From Candidatus Enterousia sp. (lineage in GTDB: Bacteria > Pseudomonadota > Alphaproteobacteria > Rs-D84), in assembly GCA_045546155.1 (NCBI GenBank), contig JAZQCG010000005.1, forward strand, positions 14,770 through 78,769: 64,000 bases of DNA, given 5' to 3'. The translations under genes and the position numbers were made by a program. The stretch's first letter is position 1; the number at the start of each line of letters is the position of its first letter. Positions 63,986 through 64,000 of this stretch are shown here, piece after piece. The notes under the pieces were generated by a model, which was not told the DNA's origin, made no database searches, and saw only the letters and a program-made list of their open reading frames with translations.

Positions 63986-64000
63986 AAATTGCCCATGTGG

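Overview
AT-rich bacterial chromosome segment, about 60 protein-coding genes, mostly on the minus strand. The gene set looks alphaproteobacterial (MucR/Ros regulator, SPOR protein, LolA, LptG, split tat genes, Cys-less DksA). The palindromic repeats and eukaryote-like secreted proteins suggest a host-associated lineage, but that is inference only. All homology calls were made by eye from the translations; no database search was possible.

Housekeeping genes recognised:
- Cell envelope and export: nlpD, tatC, tatB, lolA, ftsI, ftsL, a tatA gene missing from the ORF track, a ybeY-lnt fusion, ftsK, secF, secD, yajC, lptG.
- DNA, recombination and repair: recJ, an nrnA-like DHH phosphoesterase, rarA, mutL, xerD, ruvA, xthA.
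- Translation, transcription and tRNA: thrS, gltX, trmB, serS, typA, mnmE, dksA, greA, yebC.
- Fe-S and redox: sufS, sufT, sufE, trxA, trxB.
- One tRNA-Lys(CUU).
- No rRNA, CRISPR array, prophage or transposase was seen.

Main finding: a structured 5' leader of about 200-290 nt occurs four times. Each copy has its own promoter, several helices supported by compensatory base changes, mutually exclusive GGAGG/CCUCC pairings, an intrinsic terminator and then an SD. Each sits directly upstream of a gene for a signal-peptide protein; three of the four downstream loci encode cysteine-rich proteins. I read it as a candidate new riboswitch or attenuator class.

Other notable items:
- A ybeY-lnt gene fusion.
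- An S41 peptidase homolog with both catalytic residues substituted.
- Zn-ligand-less DksA and MucR homologs.
- A degenerate HNH-like protein followed by a SUKH-like protein, a possible toxin/immunity pair.
- A repeated cassette with stops in all six frames plus a terminator, found after gene ends.
- Two kinds of palindromic MITE-like repeats.
- A Gly/Ser/Tyr-rich secreted protein with a glycosyltransferase and a twin-hairpin leader.
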